64,000 nucleotides of DNA, taken from an uncultured bacterium. Lineage in GTDB: Bacteria; SAR324; NAC60-12. Made by a program: the position numbers and the translations under genes. The stretch is taken from contig CBFIGY010000003.1 of the NCBI GenBank assembly GCA_965662235.1, forward strand, positions 1 to 64,000, given 5' to 3'. A model generated the notes under the pieces. That model saw nothing but the letters and a program-made list of their open reading frames with translations. It did no database searches and was not told where the DNA came from. This document shows positions 58,711 through 64,000 of this stretch, piece by piece. Numbering within the stretch: position 1 is the stretch's first letter; every line of letters starts with the position of its first letter.

Positions 58711-58938
58711 ATGATGAGTCAGGACTACCTCCGCTTCATTGAAGAACACAGCGACCCTGAAAACGCCAACCTGTTTGAGAAGGTTCTGATGACCTCCAAG
58801 CGGGCCAAGGCGCTTTACACCCTAGACGAGGCCGCCAAAGCCGCCCTGAACCACAAGCCCACCTTCCAGGCCATTGGCGAGGCCAACCAGGGATCCATCA
58901 AGATCCTCCGCAAGACAGCAGGCGACTCCGTCTCCTAA
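58711..58938 (+). CDS. rpoZ: Probable RNA polymerase omega subunit
   Basis: NLFEKVLMTSKRAKAL...KPTFQAIGE...G.I resembles the omega pattern N.FE.V..A.KRA..L...KP...A..E...G.I. Confidence 0.65.
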   Translation: MMSQDYLRFIEEHSDPENANLFEKVLMTSKRAKALYTLDEAAKAALNHKPTFQAIGEANQGSIKILRKTAGDSVS

Positions 58939-58941
58939 CCC

Positions 58942-60627
58942 ATGGGGATGCCGGCGCCACACGCTCCCTTTGAGCGCGCCACCCATGCGCTTCGGCTGCT
59001 GTTTACTTCCAGCCTTTCCCTCCGCATGGCAGCGCTCAGCTTTAGCCTGCTCTTTGGAGCAGACCGGATCTTTGCGCTCTGGATCTTCCCACACTATGCC
59101 GCCTTCCTAGAGCACTGGGATCCGAACTGGGCCAACATTGACACGATCTTTGCGCCCATCGTCTGGCTCTCCTACGTCACCATGCTCCTTGGTAGCCTCA
59201 CGGTGGTCATCACCTTTGCGGCAACCAGTACTCCCAAGCTGATTGACCTCTACATGGAAGACCGCCGCAGCCTCATGCTGGTGTGGTGGTCCCTGGGGTG
59301 CATGGCACATGCGCTGACGATCAAGCTCTATCCGGAGCTCGGCCTCAGTCATCCTGCCAGCATTGTCTTCAATTACCACTTCCTGCTGCCGTCCTTCGTC
59401 TTCGTCAGCTTTCCCTTCATCCTCCTGTCGCTCCGGTCCACCAAAACCGCCAACGTCATCGACTCCCTCTTCCGGAACATGGACGAGATCCTTGACCGAC
59501 TGGTCCGGCAGGGTCCTGACAAGAAGCTCTCTCCTCGTTCGGTCCAGAGCCAGCAGGTTCAGCTCTTTGAGACGCTCAATCAGCTCATGGACCTGCTCAT
59601 TTATGTGCCGTACAAGGAGCCCAAGGCGATGATCATTGAAGGCATGGGCCGATTGATCATCCGCTACGTGCAGCTCAAGGCTCACTTCCCCCGAGACTTC
59701 TTCCTCATCAGCCAGAAGGCACGGAACGACATTTCCTTCCGGACCATGCAGGGGCTGTTGGACGAGCTGGAGGAGAAGCAGATCTTCCTAGAGCAAAAGA
59801 GCCTCCGGTTGATCGGCAACGCCTACATCACCTTTCTAGAGGAGGGACAGTTTGACCTTTCCACCCTCTGTGCCGAACAGATCAACTACATCGGCAAGGA
59901 GGTTGTCGCCCAAGGTGATGAGGTCCTCATTGACGTCATCACGGTCCGACTCAACACGCACTTCCGGTTTGCCCTCAAGCACGCGCAGGCTCACAATGAG
60001 CCCCGGAACCTCTACAACCTCGTCTTCCACTACGGCCAGTTTGCCTCCCACCTGGTCGCCCATGACCACCGAGATGGGCTCAAGACCTGCTTCCGGCACT
60101 TCGGGTTCTATGCCCTGCAGTGCTTCAATGCCTCTCCTCAGGCCATGGCCCTCGCCTTCATCCTTGATACCTTGGCGGTGGAGATGCAGAAACTCCTCAT
60201 GGCGCTTTATGAACGTCAGTGGGACCGTCCCACCCAGGAAGAGCTGCTTCAGCAGTTCCTCATGCTGGACAACTTCCAGAACGTTGACCACCAGTTTGCT
60301 AAAAACTTCTTCAGCAAAAACGTAGGGGTCCGTCTCCTTCACATTGGGCTGGCGCTTTACTACCTAGAGCAGGGGGAAGAGGCGTGGGCAGAGGGCATTG
60401 CTGAAGACACCCTCCAGGACTGGGACCTGATGGGGGAGGAGCTGTTTCACAAGACCATGGGCATGATCTTCATGCGGCTCAAGTTTTCAGGCCCGACCTT
60501 CTGGGAAGACACGGACCGCGGGAACCTCAACATCTACTACACGCCCTACGTCCAGCACCTCGAGACGTTTCAGGCTCTGCAGAAGAAGTACATCGGCGAA
60601 CGGATTCAGCAAGCGGAGCTGGTCTGA
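58942..60627 (+). CDS. Membrane protein with large cytoplasmic helical domain (DUF2254-like)
   Basis: About 4 N-terminal TM segments, TPKL.DL...D; C-terminal FWEDTDRG. Confidence 0.55.
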   Translation: MGMPAPHAPFERATHALRLLFTSSLSLRMAALSFSLLFGADRIFALWIFPHYAAFLEHWDPNWANIDTIFAPIVWLSYVTMLLGSLTVVITFAATSTPKLIDLYMEDRRSLMLVWWSLGCMAHALTIKLYPELGLSHPASIVFNYHFLLPSFVFVSFPFILLSLRSTKTANVIDSLFRNMDEILDRLVRQGPDKKLSPRSVQSQQVQLFETLNQLMDLLIYVPYKEPKAMIIEGMGRLIIRYVQLKAHFPRDFFLISQKARNDISFRTMQGLLDELEEKQIFLEQKSLRLIGNAYITFLEEGQFDLSTLCAEQINYIGKEVVAQGDEVLIDVITVRLNTHFRFALKHAQAHNEPRNLYNLVFHYGQFASHLVAHDHRDGLKTCFRHFGFYALQCFNASPQAMALAFILDTLAVEMQKLLMALYERQWDRPTQEELLQQFLMLDNFQNVDHQFAKNFFSKNVGVRLLHIGLALYYLEQGEEAWAEGIAEDTLQDWDLMGEELFHKTMGMIFMRLKFSGPTFWEDTDRGNLNIYYTPYVQHLETFQALQKKYIGERIQQAELV

Positions 60628-60649
60628 CCGGCTCCGGACAGGTTGCGCT

Positions 60650-61693
60650 TCAGTTGGCCCCTTCCAGCAAGGTTCCAGACGCATCAAACAGCAGGTAACG
60701 CTCCAGCACAGGCGTCACCCCGTCTCCGGGGCTCCAGTTGCTCTGAGGAGACGTATGCACACTGAGCCGCTGCCCGTCACGCATCTCAATCTCCACCACC
60801 TTCACTGGCCCCGTAAACTCCACCTCCCGCACAAAGGCCCGGGCCTCCTCTGCTGCAGGAACCTCTAGGCGGATTTCTTCCGGACGCACCATCAGGCGTT
60901 TGGCAGCAGCGCTGAGGCCGGTGGCCGCCAGTGGCCCCAAAGACGTCTCCGGTGTGCCAGAGGCGTGGGTCACCTCTAGGAAGTTGGCCTCGCCCACAAA
61001 ACGGGCGGCCCAGAGGTTCGTTGGGTGCCGATACACGGCTTCTGGAACCCCCGTCTGCACCAGCTCACCGGCATACATGAGGAAAACCCGATCGGAGAAG
61101 GTAATCGCTTCCGTCTGATCGTGAGTGACCAGCAGCGCCGCAACACCTTCTTGCTTGAGGATGCGCCGAATGTCACGCCGCAGCTGCACCCGGAGCTGGT
61201 AGTCGAGGTTGCTGAAGGGTTCATCCATCAGGATCAGCTGCGGCCGAGGAGCCAGCGCCCGGGCCACAGCAATCCGTTGCTGCTCGCCTCCACTGATCAT
61301 GTGCGGCATCTTGTCTGCCAGGTGCGGCAGGCCCACCAGCTCCAGCAGTTCCTGCACACGTGCCTGCTTCTCGGAACGAGATCCCATGACACCGTAGGCA
61401 ATGTTGGCCGCCACAGACATGTGGGGGAAGAGAGCAAAGTCCTGAAACACCATGCCAAAGCGTCGATTCTCCGGAGGCACAAGCTTGCGGGGCCCAGAGA
61501 TTTCCTGATCCCGGAGGTAGAGGTGCCCGGCATCAGGCTCCTCCAGTCCAGCCACCAAGCGGAGCAGCGTCGATTTGCCGCATCCGGAGGGCCCAAGGAT
61601 CGCAATGAACTCCTGCGCAGCCACGTCAAAGCTCACACCACGGACGGCCTGCACAGAGCCGTAGGCCTTGGAGAGGGTTTCACAACGGATCAT
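60650..61693 (-). CDS. Fe3+ ABC transporter ATP-binding protein (FbpC/PotA-like)
   Basis: GPSGCGKST, VFQDFALFPH, ISGGEQQR, MDEPFSNLD, TOBE-like C-terminus. Confidence 0.88.
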   Translation of the reverse strand: MIRCETLSKAYGSVQAVRGVSFDVAAQEFIAILGPSGCGKSTLLRLVAGLEEPDAGHLYLRDQEISGPRKLVPPENRRFGMVFQDFALFPHMSVAANIAYGVMGSRSEKQARVQELLELVGLPHLADKMPHMISGGEQQRIAVARALAPRPQLILMDEPFSNLDYQLRVQLRRDIRRILKQEGVAALLVTHDQTEAITFSDRVFLMYAGELVQTGVPEAVYRHPTNLWAARFVGEANFLEVTHASGTPETSLGPLAATGLSAAAKRLMVRPEEIRLEVPAAEEARAFVREVEFTGPVKVVEIEMRDGQRLSVHTSPQSNWSPGDGVTPVLERYLLFDASGTLLEGAN

Positions 61694-61694
61694 G

Positions 61695-63386
61695 TCAGTT
61701 CTCTGCCGTTTCAGCCACCGGACTCAGGCGGTGGGAAGGAGGCGCAGCGGCGCGCTCAGACGCCGACCGCATCTTCAGGTTGGTCAAGATGAGGGGAATC
61801 AGCCCAAAGGCCACAATCGTCAGGCACCAGAGGGAGGCCTGCTGCAGGCGTTCCTCTGCCGCATAACCGAAGGCCCGGGTGGCCAGGGTGCCAAAGTTGA
61901 AGGGACGGAGCATCAACGTTGCCGGAAGCTCCTTCATGACGTCCACAAACACCAGCAGAGCCGCGGTCAGGACGCTCCGACGCAGCAGAGGTAGGTGGAT
62001 TTCCCAAAGGGTCTGGCGGGAGTTCCGGCCCAGCATGCGGCTGGCTTCGTCCATTCCGGAAGTGATGCTGCTCAACCCTGCCTCCACGGTTCCAAAGGCC
62101 AGAGACAGGAACCGGACCAGGTAGGCAAACAGCAGCACCAGCACCGTTCCGCTGAGCAGGTAGGTCGCTCGCCAGCCCAGCCACGCCTCAAACTGCGGGT
62201 TGAGCCACTCCCGGTCCAGCCACGCCAACGGAAGCAGCACCCCCAGGGCCACCACGGGTCCCGGGATGGCGTACCCTAGGCTCACCAGCCGCACCACCCA
62301 CCGCAGTGACTGCTGGGTCTTCAACCGGAGCCCGTAGCTCAGAAACAGCCCCAGCAGCACCGCGCAGCCTGCAGCAAATCCAGCGAGCAGGAGGCTGTGA
62401 AACGCGTCCTCGGCAAAGGCGTCCAGCTGAATCGACGCAAAGGATTGCCACGTCCATAGCACCAGCATGAGGCTCGGAATCAAGAATCCCAGCCCCAAGG
62501 GCGTCAGGCAGGCCAAGACGGCCAACCACTGCTTGAGACGTGACGGAACCCGGCGTGGAAACGGACGCACCACTAGGTTTCGGGACTGGCTCTTCTGCAG
62601 CTTGCGGGAGTGACGTTCCAGCGCCACCAGCAGCACCACACACGCTAGGAGCGACAACGCCAATTGAGCAGCTCCCGAAGGGTTGTTGGTGCCAAACCAC
62701 GTGTGGTAGATGCCGGTGGTAAAGGTCTGGACCGCAAAGAGCTGCACCGTTCCAAAGTCCGCCAGCGTCTCCATCAGCACCAGGGACACCCCCACGATGA
62801 TGGCGGGACGTGCCAGCGGCAGCCCCACGTGCCAGAACCCTCGGCGCCGGGACCGTCCCAGCATCCGGCTGGCTTCCAGCAGCACCCCGGCTTGTTGCTG
62901 AAACGCGGTTCGGGCCAACAGGTACACATACGGATAGAGCACCAGCGTCAGCATCAGCCCTGCGCCTCCCACCGAGGCGACTTCTGGGAACCAGTAGTCC
63001 CGGGGGGTCTTCCAGTCAAACCACCCCCGGAGTGTGCTCTGCACCGGTCCGGCGTAGTCCAGCAGCTCCATGTACACCATGGCCACAATGTAGCCCGGAT
63101 AGGCAAGGGGCAGCAGCAGTCCCCACTCAAACCAACGTCGGCCTGGAAAGTCGTACATGGCAACAATCCAGCCGCTTCCCACGCCCAGCAGCAGCGTTCC
63201 CAGTCCCACCAGCAGCACCAGGTGCACCGAATTCAGCAGGTACCCGGGCAGCACCGTGCTCCACAGGTGCCCCCACACCGTCTGCTCCGCCTGCGCTGCC
63301 AGCCCGACTAAAGCCAGAAATGGGAGGCTGAACAGCAGGGCCAGCAACGCCAGCAGAGCGCTCCAGCGAAGGGATCGTTGGGACAT
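61695..63386 (-). CDS. Fe3+ ABC transporter permease (FbpB-like)
   Basis: FPGRR.F.W..LLPLA.P.Y, METLADFG, KELPATL.LRPFNF.TLA. Confidence 0.92.
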   Translation of the reverse strand: MSQRSLRWSALLALLALLFSLPFLALVGLAAQAEQTVWGHLWSTVLPGYLLNSVHLVLLVGLGTLLLGVGSGWIVAMYDFPGRRWFEWGLLLPLAYPGYIVAMVYMELLDYAGPVQSTLRGWFDWKTPRDYWFPEVASVGGAGLMLTLVLYPYVYLLARTAFQQQAGVLLEASRMLGRSRRRGFWHVGLPLARPAIIVGVSLVLMETLADFGTVQLFAVQTFTTGIYHTWFGTNNPSGAAQLALSLLACVVLLVALERHSRKLQKSQSRNLVVRPFPRRVPSRLKQWLAVLACLTPLGLGFLIPSLMLVLWTWQSFASIQLDAFAEDAFHSLLLAGFAAGCAVLLGLFLSYGLRLKTQQSLRWVVRLVSLGYAIPGPVVALGVLLPLAWLDREWLNPQFEAWLGWRATYLLSGTVLVLLFAYLVRFLSLAFGTVEAGLSSITSGMDEASRMLGRNSRQTLWEIHLPLLRRSVLTAALLVFVDVMKELPATLMLRPFNFGTLATRAFGYAAEERLQQASLWCLTIVAFGLIPLILTNLKMRSASERAAAPPSHRLSPVAETAEN

Positions 63387-63389
63387 CAG

Positions 63390-64000
63390 TTAGGCAACCG
63401 GGACGACGACGATGTACTCGGCAATGTGGAAGGGGAGGGAGATCTGTCCGTGACGGGACTCCAGCGTGAGGGCCTGCATGACATCCTCGCGGCTGATCAC
63501 ACGGTGGACCTCTCCGGGAATCACGTAGTCGCGGTGGAGGACCTTCAGCAGGTCTTCTGAATCCTCCAGCTGCTCCGACACCATCGCGATCTCCACGGTT
63601 GTGTCCGGACGGGCCTCATGCAGCGGAAAGGCGTTTGCGGGGAGCGAGCTTCCGGGCATCGGGGTGCCATGGGGACAGAACTCCGGACGTCCTAGGAACT
63701 CGGTCAGCTTTTGCACAACCAGCGGCGTCAGGGCATGCTCCAGCTGGTGAGCGTGCTTGTGCACCTCGTACCACGGGATGCCCAGGGTGTGGCAGAGGAA
63801 GTGCTCCGCCAGGTTGTGCCGGTAGGCAATGTCTTCTGCCACCCCCAGTCCTTCCTCCGTGAGTTCCCACACCTTCGACTCTCCCATCCGGACCAAACCG
63901 TCACGTTGCATCCGTGACAGCGTCGAGTGCACGGTCGGCGGACTCACCTTGAGCCGCTCCGCAAGGGTCACGGCCTTGAGCCCGACTTCTTCTGCTCCAC
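63390..64000 (-). CDS. DtxR/MntR-family metal-dependent transcriptional regulator (5'-truncated by window edge)
   Basis: LAERL.VSPPTV, LT..G...A....RH.L.E.FL, LEH, P..CPHG.P.P, FeoA-like C-terminus. Confidence 0.88.
   Translation of the reverse strand, partial: GAEEVGLKAVTLAERLKVSPPTVHSTLSRMQRDGLVRMGESKVWELTEEGLGVAEDIAYRHNLAEHFLCHTLGIPWYEVHKHAHQLEHALTPLVVQKLTEFLGRPEFCPHGTPMPGSSLPANAFPLHEARPDTTVEIAMVSEQLEDSEDLLKVLHRDYVIPGEVHRVISREDVMQALTLESRHGQISLPFHIAEYIVVVPVA

Overview
High-GC (roughly 60% by eye) chromosomal segment from a Gram-negative, apparently flagellated bacterium. The gene style is reminiscent of deltaproteobacteria-like lineages such as SAR324, but that is inference only. It is mostly core metabolism and envelope genes: metH-metF, manC, nnr, nudC, an HtrA-like protease, pdxA, an orphan fliG, an amidase/PAP2 cluster, a YejA-like binding protein, a YicC-family gene, htpG, lolD-bamA, gcvP, hisC, a probable rpoZ and an Fe3+ ABC permease/ATPase. 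It also has two tRNAs, Arg(UCU) and Leu(UAA). I saw no integrase, transposase, prophage or CRISPR array. The most notable elements are: (1) a His-rich exported leader ORF ending in RGPP (DUF2946/CutF-like arrest-peptide signature, with one Cys instead of CxxC) heading an SCO - PCu(A)C - unknown protein - SDR copper cluster; (2) an AcoR/sigma54 acetoin-type dehydrogenase operon with a visible -24/-12 promoter and TGTCTCA enhancer repeats, a PQQ-type dehydrogenase as first gene, an E2 split into a free lipoyl domain and a separate alpha/beta-hydrolase, and no E3; (3) a near-consensus sigma28 promoter before a small DUF6552-like membrane protein divergent from the orphan fliG; (4) a GGA-rich multi-hairpin intergenic region that could be an sRNA; (5) a non-catalytic tandem paralog of an amidase's N-terminal region; (6) a 4-hydroxybutyryl-CoA dehydratase-like protein with altered Fe-S ligands. 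All family assignments come from motif recognition by eye, not from database searches.
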